Positions 13,248-26,778 of a stretch of 64,000 bases of DNA are shown in pieces. The first letter of the stretch is position 1. Each line of letters begins with the position of its first letter. The position numbers and the translations under genes were made by a program. This DNA comes from Eledone cirrhosa (Eukaryota). The stretch is taken from NCBI GenBank assembly GCA_964016885.1, contig OZ024740.1:8308001-8372000 (forward strand), given 5' to 3'. The notes under the pieces were generated by a model that saw only the letters and a list, made by a program, of their open reading frames with translations, was not told the origin of the DNA and ran no database searches.

Positions 13248-16069
13248 ACCAGAACAACCTGCCACCCTCTACACACCATCATAAACTGCGAGCAGGGTAC
13301 AAATTGTTGTCCTTAAATGCTCGCAGTTTATGCAACAAGATACATCTGTTCGAATCCTACGTCAGAAGCATCGACCCTGACTTCATCACAGTCACGGAAA
13401 CATGGGCACATTCCTTACTCTGTGATGGGGTTTTCACCATTACTGGGTACAACCTTTTCCGCAAGGACCGCATTAACCGCCGTGGTGGTGGTGTGATGGT
13501 CTACGTTCGTTCAAACTTTTCGGTAATTCCTTGCGTTGATTTGAACGAATCACAGGAAGAAGTTTTTTTCTGTGACATACGTATGACCATGTCAACACTT
13601 CTGCTTGGTGTTGTTTATCGCCCCCCAAACTACCATCAGGACACACAGCTTTGCGATATCCTCAGAGTTGCTGCCAAGGAAACAGCCACTTATGTGTTTA
13701 TTGCAGGTGACTTCAATCATCCTGAGATCGATTGGGAAACCTTTCGTTGGCCACAGGGTGCAAACGATTTCCTTGAACTAGTGCTGGACTCAAACTGGTC
13801 ACATGTAGTCACCTCTCCAACAAGAGGTGACAACACTTTGGACCTGATCTTCACCACTACTCCTGAAGTGGTTATCAGTTGTACTACTGAGGAACCTCTA
13901 GGCGACTCTGATCATGCTATGATCATTGCCAATCTGGTACTTGAGGGCAGCAACAAAAACCAGGGCCATCTCCAATCTGCTTGCTTTGATTGGAAGAGGG
14001 CGGATTGGAACTTGTACTGCACTGAGCTACAGCGCCCAAACTGGCATGAGATGTATAACTCTGGAGATGTGAACTCTATACTCCAGAACATCCTGGACTC
14101 AATATGGATAGCATGTGCAGCATCAGTGCCACGGAAGCGGAAAAATAACCACCCCAAAAGTGCAATCTGGGAAACTTCAGCGGTCCGACTTGCCAGGAAA
14201 GAACGTCGGAACGCTGAACGGGAATATAAACTGCATAGATCAGATGCCAACTAAAAAAAGCGGAATAAATCTTCTAACCATCTCAAGCAAGTGACAAAGA
14301 AGGCAGTGCTTGAATTTGAACAGTGCATCGCAACCAATCCTGACAGTAAGGTGTTCTGGAAATATGTTCATTCAAAGCAGAGACCTCACTCTCCAGTTGG
14401 TCCTCTTCGCAATCCCCACACAAGCCAGATCACTGACGATCCCAAGGAATGCGCAGAACTCATTGCTGAGTGCTATGCAAGTATTTTTACTGTTGAAAAC
14501 CAGAATGTACCATCTCCACCATCTCTAACATCAAATTCCATAACAACTATGGAATTTACACCTGCAATGTTGCGACGTCACCTTAAGAATAAGCGCAACT
14601 ATGCCTCCCCTGGTCTTGATGGTGTGACATACCTGCTTCTCAAACGTGGCGGGGATTTCCTTTTGCGCCAGCTTTCTTTTTTCTTTCAATACTGTCTCAG
14701 CAATGGTGCTACTCCGGAGCAGTGGAAAACTGCCAGTGTCATTCCCCTGTTCAAAAAGGGCAACCGCATGTCACCTGTCAACTATCGTCCAGTCAGTCTT
14801 ACTAGCTGTATGGCCAAACTGATGGAATCCTGTGTCAGAGAAACACTTTGGAACTTCTGGAGCTCTCACAGCCTCATCCGGCCCTCACAGTTTGGATTTA
14901 TCCCTAACTCCAGCTGCTGTGATCAGCTTATCGAGTTCCTTGAGGACATCACCCGGATCACTGACAGCGGCTCATGGGTGGATGTTGTTTACCTTGACTT
15001 TGCTAAGGCTTTTAATTCTGTGCCACACAAAAGACTTATGGCAAAACTCTCTGTAATGGGTGTGAGGGATGATCTTTTCGACTGGCTGAAATCCTTCATT
15101 CTCAGCCGAAAGGAAGTAGTCACGGTTCTAGGACAGCATTCTTCACCATATGAGATGTCATCTGGTGTACCACAGGGATCTGTTCTTGGTCCTCTTTTGT
15201 TTGTGGCATATATTAATGACATAGATTCCAACTTACAGAATGCCACGGTACTAAAATATGCAGATGACATCAAGCTGTACCTTGAAATCAAAAGGACTGA
15301 TACTGAAATTTACAACTCTTTCCAACAATCAGACCTGGACACAATGCAGCAATGGATCACAGACTGGCAACTGAAGCTGGCTGTGGACAAGTGTACCACC
15401 ATGCATTTTGGAAGGAAAAATCCAGCGTCGACATACTCCCTCCACAACACTGACATCAAAAAGTCCTCTTGTGAACGTGACCTGGGCATTACTGTCAGCA
15501 ACGATTTGCGTTGGACAAAGCATGTCTCTAAGATTGTCAAGAAGGCCGAGGGTGTCTTGGCATCACTCAGCAAGACCTTTGTTAGCCGCTCTCCAGCCAT
15601 CTATTTAAAACTGTATACAGCTATGGTGCGACCACACTTGGAATTCGCATCATCAGTCTGGAACCCCTATCTTGCTCGGAACATTGACCTCGTGGAAACT
15701 GTTCAGAGACGTGCAACCAAGCGCATACCCTCCATCAGACACCTACCATACTCTGAACGCCTTGCTTCCCTGGGCATGGATTCATTGAAGCTCCGACGTC
15801 TGGCAATGGACTTGGTGAATACCCACAAAGTTTTTAACCATCTCGCCAACTGCAACCCTGAGCGCCTCTTTGATCTCCATGTGTCTAACACACATGGACA
15901 TGCCTACAAGATAAGAAAACAGCACAGCTCCCATGACTTTCGCAGACATTTTTTCACGCTCAGAGTTGCTGAAGCATGGAACAAACTGCCTGCGTCAATT
16001 GTTAGCTGCCGAGACACTGCATCCTTTAAGACACTCATGCTTCCCGAAATACGCCAAAAATACACCTGA
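13238..16069 (+). pseudogene. CR1 ORF2 (endonuclease + reverse transcriptase) with one in-frame premature stop
   Basis: Track ORFs 13304..14254 and 14291..16069 are in the same frame, separated only by TAA at 14252-14254 (…AAC TAA AAA AAG CGG…). The RT motif reads AFNSV where AFDSV is usual. Confidence 0.9.
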
Positions 16070-16102
16070 TGTACCCCTTCCATACACATGCACACATGTG
16101 TG

Positions 16103-16366
16103 TATCATGACTCGTGCACTGTTCATTTTACTGATGTTTGTGCATTGCACTATGTACTGTACATGTACTTTTTTTGATGAGTTGTGGTGCACCTGGGCAC
16201 TGTACACAATATTTCATTATTGTTATTGTTATTATATCATGACTCATACACTGTTTATTTTCCTGACATTTGTACATTATTCTATGTACTATACATGCAC
16301 CTTTGATGAGTTGTAGTGCACCTGAGCACTGTACACAATAATTTCATTATTATTATTATTATTATT
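16103..16366 (+). repeat. Tandem duplication (~132 bp) of the CR1 3' terminus, each copy with its own hairpin and ATT-type tail
   Basis: TATCATGACTC…GTGCACCTGRGCACTGTACACAATA…TTTCATTATT starts at 16103 and again at 16235. Confidence 0.9.
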
Positions 16367-19300
16367 GGTATATCAGTTTCGATTGGTATATCAGTTTCGA
16401 TTAGTATGTCAGTTTCTATTGGTATGTTAGTTTCGATTAGTATATCAGTTTCTATTGGTATGTCAGTTTCGATCGGTATGTCAGTTTCTATTGATATATC
16501 AGTTTCGATTGGTATATCAGTTTCGATTGGTATGTCAGTTTCGATTAGTATATCAGTTTCTAATGGTATATCAGTTTCTATTGGTATATCAGATTCGATT
16601 GGTATATCACTTTCGATTAGTATGTCAGTTTTGATTGGTATGTCAGTTTTGATTGGTATATCAGTTTCAATTGGTATGTCAGTTTCGATTGGTATGTCAG
16701 TTTCGATTGGTATATCAGTTCCGATTGGTATGTAAGTTTTGATTAGTATGGCAGTTTCGATTGGTATATCAGTTTCGATTGGTATGTCAATTTCAATTAG
16801 TATGTCAGTTTCTATTGGTATATCAGTTTCGATTGGTATGTCAGTTTCGATTAGTATATCAGTTTCTATAGGTATGTCAGTTTCTATTGTTATATCAGTT
16901 TTGATTGGCATATCTGTTTCGATGGTATGTCAGTTTCGATTGGTATATCAGTTTCTATTGGTGTATCAGTTTCGATTAATATATCAGTTTCGATTAGTAT
17001 GTCAGTTTCTACTGGTATGTCAGTTTCGATTAGTATATCAGTTTCTATTGGTATGTCAGTTTCGATTGGTTTGTCAGTTTCTATTGGTATGTCAGTTTCG
17101 ATTGGTATGTCAGTTTCTATTGGTATGTCAATTTCGATTGGTATATAAGTTTAGATTAGTATGTCAGTTTCTATTGGTATATCAGTTTCGATTGGTATAT
17201 TAGTTTCGATTAGTATATCAGTTTCTATAGTTATGTTAGTTTCTATTGGTATATCAGTTTCGACTGGTATATTAGTTTCGATTAGAATGTCAGTTTTGAT
17301 TGTTATGTCAGTTTCGATTTGCATATCAGTTCCGATTGGTATGTCAGTTTCGATTGGTATGTCAGTTTCGATTGGTATATCAGTTTCGATTGGTATGTCA
17401 GTTTCGATTGGTATGTCAATTTCGATTGGTATATCAGTTTCTATAGGTATGTCAGTTTCGATTGTTATGTCAGGTTCTATTGGTATACCAGTTTCGATTG
17501 GTATTTCAGCTTCGATTAGTATATCAATTTCTATTGGTATGTCAGTTTCGATTAGTATATCAGTTTCTATTGGTATGTCAGTTTCTATTGGTATATCAGC
17601 TTCGATTGGTATATCAGTTTCGATTAGTATGTCAGTTACTAATGGTATGTCAGTTTCGATTACTATATCAGTTTATATTGGTATATCAGTTTCGATTGGT
17701 ATGTCAGTTTCTACTGGTATGTCAGTTTCGATTAGTATATTAGTTTCTATTGGTATGTCAGTTTCGATTGGTATATCAGTTTCGATTTGTATATCAGTTC
17801 GTATTGCTATATCAGTTTCTATTGGTATGTCAGTTTCTAATGGTATGTCAGTTTCTACTGGTATATCAGCTTCGATTGGTATATCACTTTCGATTAGTAT
17901 GTCAGTTTCGATTGCTATGTCAGTTTTGATTGGTATATCAGTTTCAATTGGTATGTCAGTTTCGATTGGAATGTCAGTTTCGATTGGTTTATCAGTTCCA
18001 ATTGGTATGTAAGTTTTGATTTGTATGTCAGTTTCGATTGGTATATCAGTTTTGATTGGCATATCAGTTTCTATTGGTATGTCAGTTTCTACTGGTATGT
18101 CAGTTTCTATTGGTATATCAGTTTCGATTGGTATATCAGTTTCGATTGATATATCAGTTTCGAATAGTATGTCAGTTTCTACTGGTATGTCAGTTTCGAT
18201 TAGTATATCAGTTTCTATTGGTATGTCAGTTTCGATTGGTATATCAGTTTCGATTTGTATATCAGTTCCTATTGCTATATCAGTTTCTATTGGTATGTCA
18301 GTTTCAATTGGTATGTAAGTTTCGATGGATATATCAGTTTCGATTGGTATGTCAGTTTCGATTGGTATATCAGTTTCGATTGGTATGTCAGTTTCGATTA
18401 GTATATCAGTTTCTATAGGTATGTCAATTTCTATTGGTATGTCTGTTTCGATTGGTATATCAGTTTCTATTTGTATATCAGTTTCGATTGATATATCAGT
18501 TTCGATTTGTATGTCAGTATCTACTGGTATGTCAGTTTCGATTAGTATATCAGTTTCTATTGGTATGTCAGTTTCTATTGGTATATCAGCTTCGATTGGT
18601 ATATCAGTTTCGATTAGTATGTCAGTTTCTATTGGTATGTTAGTTTTGATTAGTATATCAGTTTCTATTGGTATGTCAGTTTTGATCGGTATGTCAGTTT
18701 CTATTGATATATCCGTTTCGATTGGTCTATCAGTTTTGATTGGTATATCAGTTTCGATTGCTATGTAAGTTTCTATTGGTATATCATTTTCTATTGGTAT
18801 GTCAGTTTTGATTGGTATATCAGTTTCGATTGGTATGTCAGTTTCGATTAGTATGTCAGTTTCGATTGGTATATCAGTTCCGATTGGTATGTCAGTTTCG
18901 ATTGGTATGTCAGTTTCGATTGGTATATCAGTTTCGATTGGTATGTCAGTTTCGATTGGTATGTCAATTTCAATTGGTATATCAGTTTCTATTGGTATGT
19001 CAGTTTTGAGTGGTATGTCAGTTTCTATTGGTATATCAGTTTAGATTGATATATCAGTTTCGATTAGTATGTCAGTTTCTACTGGTATGTCAGTTTCGAT
19101 TAGTATATCAGTTTCTATTGGTATGTCAGTTTCGATTGGTATATCAGTTTCGATTTGTATATCAGTTTCTATTGCTATATCAGTTTCTATTGGTATGTCA
19201 GTTTCAATTGGTATATCAGTTACTATTGGTATGTCAGTTTCTAATGGTATGTCAATTTCTATTGGTATATCAGCTTCGATTGGTATATCACTTTCGATTA

Positions 19301-22300
19301 GTATGTCAGTTTCTATTGGTATGTCTGTTTTGATTGGTATATCAGTTTCAATTGGCATGTCAGTTTCGATTGGTATGTCAGTTTCGATTGGTTTATCAGT
19401 TCCGATTGGTATGTAAGTTTTGATTGGTATGTCAGTTTCGATTGGTATATCAGTTTCGATTGGTATATCAGTTTCTATTGGTATGTCAGTTTCTATTGGT
19501 ATGTCAGTTTCTATTGGTATATCAGTTTCGATTGATATATCAGTTTCGAATAGTATGTCAGTTTCTACTGGTATGTCAGTTTCGATTAGTATATCAGTTT
19601 CTATTGGTATATCAGTTTCTATTGGTATGTCAGTTTTGATTGGTACATCAGTTTCGATTGGTATATCAGTTCGTATTGCTATATCAGTTTCTATTGGTAT
19701 GTCAGTTTCTAATGGTATGTCAGTTTCTACTGGTATATCAGCTTCGATTGGTATATCACTTTCGATTAGTATGTCAGTTTCGATTGCTATGTCAGTTTTG
19801 ATTGGTATATCAGTTTCAATTGGTATGTCAGTTTCGATTGGAATGTCAGTTTCGATTGGTTTATCAGTTCCAATTGGTATGTAAGTTTTGATTTGTATGT
19901 CAGTTTCGATTGGTATATCAGTTTTGATTGGCATATCAGTTTCTATTGGTATGTCAGTTTCTACTGGTATGTCAGTTTCTATTGGTATATCAGTTTCGAT
20001 TGGTATATCAGTTTCGATTGATATATCAGTTTCGAATAGTATGTCAGTTTCTACTGGTATGTCAGTTTCGATTAGTATATCAGTTTCTATTGGTATGTCA
20101 GTTTCGATTGGTATATCAGTTTCGATTTGTATATCAGTTCCTATTGCTATATCAGTTTCTATTGGTATGTCAGTTTCAATTGGTATGTAAGTTTCGATGG
20201 ATATATCAGTTTCGATTGGTATGTCAGTTTCGATTGGTATATCAGTTTCGATTGGTATGTCAGTTTCGATTAGTATATCAGTTTCTATAGGTATGTCAAT
20301 TTCTATTGGTATGTCTGTTTCGATTGGTATATCAGTTTCTATTTGTATATCAGTTTCGATTGATATATCAGTTTCGATTTGTATGTCAGTATCTACTGGT
20401 ATGTCAGTTTCGATTAGTATATCAGTTTCTATTGGTATGTCAGTTTCTATTGGTATATCAGCTTCGATTGGTATATCAGTTTCGATTAGTATGTCAGTTT
20501 CTATTGGTATGTTAGTTTTGATTAGTATATCAGTTTCTATTGGTATGTCAGTTTTGATCGGTATGTCAGTTTCTATTGATATATCCGTTTCGATTGGTCT
20601 ATCAGTTTTGATTGGTATATCAGTTTCGATTGCTATGTAAGTTTCTATTGGTATATCATTTTCTATTGGTATGTCAGTTTTGATTGGTATATCAGTTTCG
20701 ATTGGTATGTCAGTTTCGATTAGTATGTCAGTTTCGATTGGTATATCAGTTCCGATTGGTATGTCAGTTTCGATTGGTATGTCAGTTTCGATTGGTATAT
20801 CAGTTTCGATTGGTATGTCAGTTTCGATTGGTATGTCAATTTCAATTGGTATATCAGTTTCTATTGGTATGTCAGTTTTGAGTGGTATGTCAGTTTCTAT
20901 TGGTATATCAGTTTAGATTGATATATCAGTTTCGATTAGTATGTCAGTTTCTACTGGTATGTCAGTTTCGATTAGTATATCAGTTTCTATTGGTATGTCA
21001 GTTTCGATTGGTATATCAGTTTCGATTTGTATATCAGTTTCTATTGCTATATCAGTTTCTATTGGTATGTCAGTTTCAATTGGTATATCAGTTACTATTG
21101 GTATGTCAGTTTCTAATGGTATGTCAATTTCTATTGGTATATCAGCTTCGATTGGTATATCACTTTCGATTAGTATGTCAGTTTCTATTGGTATGTCTGT
21201 TTTGATTGGTATATCAGTTTCAATTGGCATGTCAGTTTCGATTGGTATGTCAGTTTCGATTGGTTTATCAGTTCCGATTGGTATGTAAGTTTTGATTGGT
21301 ATGTCAGTTTCGATTGGTATATCAGTTTCGATTGGTATATCAGTTTCTATTGGTATGTCAGTTTCTATTGGTATGTCAGTTTCTATTGGTATATCAGTTT
21401 CGATTGATATATCAGTTTCGAATAGTATGTCAGTTTCTACTGGTATGTCAGTTTCGATTAGTATATCAGTTTCTATTGGTATATCAGTTTCTATTGGTAT
21501 GTCAGTTTTGATTGGTACATCAGTTTCGATTGGTATATCAGTTTCGATTGGTATCTCAGTTTCTAATGTTATGTCATTTTCTATTGGTATATCAGCTTCG
21601 ATTGGTATATCACTTTCGATTAGTACGTCAGTTTCTATTGGTATGTCAGTTTTGATTGGTATATCAGTTTCAATTGGTATGTCAGTTTCGATTGTTATGT
21701 CAGTTTCGATTGGTTTATCAGTTCCGATTGGTATATCAGTTTCGATGGGTATGTCTGTTTCGATTGGTATATCAGTTTCCACTGGTACGTCAGTTTCGAT
21801 TGGTATGTCATTTTCAATTAGTATATTAGTTTCTATTGGTATGTCAGTTTCGATTGGTATATCAGTTTCGATTTGTATATCAGTTCGTATTGCTATATCA
21901 GTTTCTATTGGTATGTCAGTTTCTAATGGTATGTCAGTTTCTACTGGTATATCAGCTTCGATTGGTATATCACTTTCGATTAGTATGTCAGTTTCGATTG
22001 CTATGTCAGTTTTGATTGGTATATCAGTTTCAATTGGTATGTCAGTTTCGATTGGAATGTCAGTTTCGATTGGTTTATCAGTTCCAATTGGTATGTAAGT
22101 TTTGATTTGTATGTCAGTTTCGATTGGTATATCAGTTTTGATTGGCATATCAGTTTCTATTGGTATGTCAGTTTCTACTGGTATGTCAGTTTCTATTGGT
22201 ATATCAGTTTCGATTGGTATATCAGTTTCGATTGATATATCAGTTTCGAATAGTATGTCAGTTTCTACTGGTATGTCAGTTTCGATTAGTATATCAGTTT

Positions 22301-25300
22301 CTATTGGTATGTCAGTTTCGATTGGTATATCAGTTTCGATTTGTATATCAGTTCCTATTGCTATATCAGTTTCTATTGGTATGTCAGTTTCAATTGGTAT
22401 GTAAGTTTCGATGGATATATCAGTTTCGATTGGTATGTCAGTTTCGATTGGTATATCAGTTTCGATTGGTATGTCAGTTTCGATTAGTATATCAGTTTCT
22501 ATAGGTATGTCAATTTCTATTGGTATGTCTGTTTCGATTGGTATATCAGTTTCTATTTGTATATCAGTTTCGATTGATATATCAGTTTCGATTTGTATGT
22601 CAGTATCTACTGGTATGTCAGTTTCGATTAGTATATCAGTTTCTATTGGTATGTCAGTTTCTATTGGTATATCAGCTTCGATTGGTATATCAGTTTCGAT
22701 TAGTATGTCAGTTTCTATTGGTATGTTAGTTTTGATTAGTATATCAGTTTCTATTGGTATGTCAGTTTTGATCGGTATGTCAGTTTCTATTGATATATCC
22801 GTTTCGATTGGTCTATCAGTTTTGATTGGTATATCAGTTTCGATTGCTATGTAAGTTTCTATTGGTATATCATTTTCTATTGGTATGTCAGTTTTGATTG
22901 GTATATCAGTTTCGATTGGTATGTCAGTTTCGATTAGTATGTCAGTTTCGATTGGTATATCAGTTCCGATTGGTATGTCAGTTTCGATTGGTATGTCAGT
23001 TTCGATTGGTATATCAGTTTCGATTGGTATGTCAGTTTCGATTGGTATGTCAATTTCAATTGGTATATCAGTTTCTATTGGTATGTCAGTTTTGAGTGGT
23101 ATGTCAGTTTCTATTGGTATATCAGTTTAGATTGATATATCAGTTTCGATTAGTATGTCAGTTTCTACTGGTATGTCAGTTTCGATTAGTATATCAGTTT
23201 CTATTGGTATGTCAGTTTCGATTGGTATATCAGTTTCGATTTGTATATCAGTTTCTATTGCTATATCAGTTTCTATTGGTATGTCAGTTTCAATTGGTAT
23301 ATCAGTTACTATTGGTATGTCAGTTTCTAATGGTATGTCAATTTCTATTGGTATATCAGCTTCGATTGGTATATCACTTTCGATTAGTATGTCAGTTTCT
23401 ATTGGTATGTCTGTTTTGATTGGTATATCAGTTTCAATTGGCATGTCAGTTTCGATTGGTATGTCAGTTTCGATTGGTTTATCAGTTCCGATTGGTATGT
23501 AAGTTTTGATTGGTATGTCAGTTTCGATTGGTATATCAGTTTCGATTGGTATATCAGTTTCTATTGGTATGTCAGTTTCTATTGGTATGTCAGTTTCTAT
23601 TGGTATATCAGTTTCGATTGATATATCAGTTTCGAATAGTATGTCAGTTTCTACTGGTATGTCAGTTTCGATTAGTATATCAGTTTCTATTGGTATATCA
23701 GTTTCTATTGGTATGTCAGTTTTGATTGGTACATCAGTTTCGATTGGTATATCAGTTTCGATTGGTATCTCAGTTTCTAATGTTATGTCATTTTCTATTG
23801 GTATATCAGCTTCGATTGGTATATCACTTTCGATTAGTACGTCAGTTTCTATTGGTATGTCAGTTTTGATTGGTATATCAGTTTCAATTGGTATGTCAGT
23901 TTCGATTGTTATGTCAGTTTCGATTGGTTTATCAGTTCCGATTGGTATATCAGTTTCGATGGGTATGTCTGTTTCGATTGGTATATCAGTTTCCACTGGT
24001 ACGTCAGTTTCGATTGGTATGTCATTTTCAATTAGTATATTAGTTTCTATTGGTATATCAGTTTCGATTGGTATATCAGTTTCGATTAGTATATCAGTTT
24101 CTATAGGTATGTCAATTTCTATTGGTATGTCTGTTTCGATTGGTATATCAGTTTCTATTGTTATATCAGTTTCGATTGATATATCAGTTTCGATTAGTAT
24201 GTCAGTTTCTACTGGTATGTCAGTTTCGATTAGGATATCAGTTTCTATTGGTATGTCAGTTTCTATTGGTATATCAGTTTCGATTGGTATATCAGTTTCC
24301 ATTGGTATATCAGTTTCGATTGGTATATCAGTTTCGGTTGGCATGTCAGTTTCAATTGGTATATCAGTTTCGATTGGTATGTCAGTTTCGATTGGAATAT
24401 CAGTTTCGATTGGTATGTCAGTTTCGATTGGTATGTCAGTTTCTATTGGTATGTCAGTTTCCATTGGTATGTCAGTTTCGATTGGTTTATCAGTTCCGAT
24501 TGGTATGTAAGTTTTGATGTGTATGTCTGTTTCGATTGGTATATCAGTTTTGATTGGTATATCAGTTTCTATTGGTATGTCAGTTTCCATTGGTATGTCA
24601 GTTTCTATTGGTATACCAGTTTCGATTGGTATATCAGTTTCGATTGATATATCAGTTTCGAATAGTATGTCAGTTTCTACTGGTATGTCAGTTTCGATTA
24701 GTATATCAGTTTCTATTGGTATGTCAGTTTCGATTGGTATATCAGTTTCGATTTGTATATCAGTTACTATTGCTATATCAGTTTCTATTGGTATGTCAGT
24801 TTCAATTGGTATATCAGTTTCTATTGGTATGTCAGTTTCTAATGGTATGTCAATTTCTATTGGTATATCAGCTTCGATTGGTATATCACTTTCGATTAGT
24901 ATGTCAGTTTCTATTGGTATGTCTGTTTTGATTGGTATATCAGTTTCAATTGGCATGTCAGTTTCGATTGGTATGTCAGTTTCGATTGGTTTATCAGTTC
25001 CGATTGGTATGTAAGTTTTGATTGGTATGTCAGTTTCGATTGGTATATCAGTTTCGATTGGTATATCAGTTTCTATTGGTATGTCAGTTTCTATTGGTAT
25101 GTCAGTTTCTATTGGTATATCAGTTTCGATTGATATATCAGTTGCGAATAGTATGTCAGTTTCTACTGGTATGTCAGTTTCGATTAGTATATCAGTTTCT
25201 ATTGGTATATCAGTTTCTATTGGTATGTCAGTTTTGATTGGTACATCAGTTTCGATTGGTATATCAGTTTCGATTGGTATCTCAGTTTCTAATGTTATGT

Positions 25301-26432
25301 CATTTTCTATTGGTATATCAGCTTCGATTGGTATATCACTTTCGATTAGTACGTCAGTTTCTATTGGTATGTCAGTTTTGATTGGTATATCAGTTTCAAT
25401 TGGTATGTCAGTTTCGATTGTTATGTCAGTTTCGATTGGTTAATCAGTTCCGATTGGTATATCAGTTTCGATGGGTATGTCTGTTTCGATTGGTATATCA
25501 GTTTCCACTGGTACGTCAGTTTCGATTGGTATGTCATTTTCAATTAGTATATTAGTTTCTATTGGTATATCAGTTTCGATTGGTATATCAGTTTCGATTA
25601 GTATATCAGTTTCTATAGGTATGTCAATTTCTATTGGTATGTCTGTTTCGATTGGTATATCAGTTTCTATTGTTATATCAGTTTCAATTGATATATCAGT
25701 TTCGATTAGTATGTCAGTTTCTACTGGTATGTCAGTTTCGATTAGGATATCAGTTTCTATTGGTATGTCAGTTTCTATTGGTATATCAGTTTCGATTGGT
25801 ATATCAGTTTCCATTGGTATATCAGTTTCGATTGGTATATCAGTTTCGGTTGGCATGTCAGTTTCAATTGGTATATCAGTTTCGATTGGTATGTCAGTTT
25901 CGATTGGAATATCAGTTTCGACTGGTATGTCAGTTTCGATTGGTATGTCAGTTTCTATTGGTATGTCAGTTTCCATTGGTATGTCAGTTTCGATTGGTTT
26001 ATCAGTTCCGATTGGTATGTAAGTTTTGATGTGTATGTCTGTTTCGATTGGTATATCAGTTTTGATTGGTATATCAGTTTCTATTGGTATGTCAGTTTCC
26101 ATTGGTATGTCAGTTTCTATTGGTATACCAGTTTCGATTGGTATATCAGTTTCGATTGATATATCAGTTTCGAATAGTATGTTAGTTTCTACTGGTATGT
26201 CAGTTTCGATTAGTATATCAGTTTCTATTTGTATGTCAGTTTCGATTGGTATATCAGTTTCGATTTGTATATCAGTTCCTATTGCTATATCAGTTTCTAT
26301 TGGTATGTCAGATTCAATTGGTATGTAAGTTTCGATTGTCATATCAGTTTCTATAGGTATGTCAATTTCTATTGGTATATCAGTATCGAATTTTATATCA
26401 GTTCCTATTGCTATATCAGTTTCTATCGGTAT
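16367..26432. repeat. 18-bp satellite array with 1872/2214/1512-bp higher-order units
   Basis: Matching track ORFs recur at 18016, 19888 and 22102 (spacings 1872 = 104 monomers and 2214 = 123 monomers) and at 23506/25018 (1512 = 84 monomers). Confidence 0.96.
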
Positions 26433-26778
26433 GGAGGCACATGGCTTAGTGGTTAGAGCATTGGCCTTGCAATCGAAAGGTTGTGAGTTCAATTCTCAGA
26501 CCGGGTGATGTGTTGTTTCCTTGAGCAAGACACTTTATTTCACATTGCTCCAGTTTACTCAGCTGTAGAAATGAGATGATAGGGACTGAGGTCTTTATCA
26601 TTCCACTGTAAAGTGGTCGTGCAGGTGCCACGGCAAAAAAGCACCCAGCACTCACTGTAAATGAGGTTGGTGTTAGGAAGGGCATCCAGCTGTAGAAATC
26701 GAGCCAGCATCAGTTCCCGTCCTACCCTTGCAAGCAGGGAAAAAGTGGACGTAAAATGAAATGATGATGATGATGATG
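26433..26778 (+). mobile_element. tRNA-derived CORE-type SINE with RTE-derived 3' tail and (TGA)n end
   Basis: Pol III A box TGGCTTAGTGG (26442-26452) and B box AGTTCAATTCT (26486-26496). The central CCTTGAGCAAGACACTT…CAGTTTACTCAGCTGTAGAAATG resembles the CORE domain. The 3' part shares CACTGTAAATG-GGTTGGTGTTAGGAAGGGCATCCA-CTGTAGAAA with the RTE 3' UTR. Confidence 0.92.
26442..26496 (+). promoter_or_regulatory. Internal RNA polymerase III promoter (A and B boxes) of the SINE
   Basis: TGGCnnAGTGG and GTTCRAnnC-type boxes with tRNA-like spacing. Confidence 0.8.

Larger units (their letters stand above)
13087..16366 (+). mobile_element. CR1/L2-group LINE, 5'-truncated within ORF1; EN+RT ORF2, duplicated 3' end, (ATT)7 tail
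   Basis: APE endonuclease motifs (NARSL, ITVTETW, GGGV, VYRPP, GDFN, LDL, SDH) and RT motifs (NYRPVSL, QFGF, LDFAKAF, GVPQGSVLGP, YADD, DLGI, RPHLEFASSVWNP, R..FF..RV...WNKLP). Tail (ATT)n at 16346-16366. Confidence 0.93.

Noticed and set aside
26433-26505. Functional tRNA gene
   Set aside because: It has A/B boxes but no convincing acceptor stem, and it runs directly into CORE-like and LINE-derived sequence. It is a SINE head.
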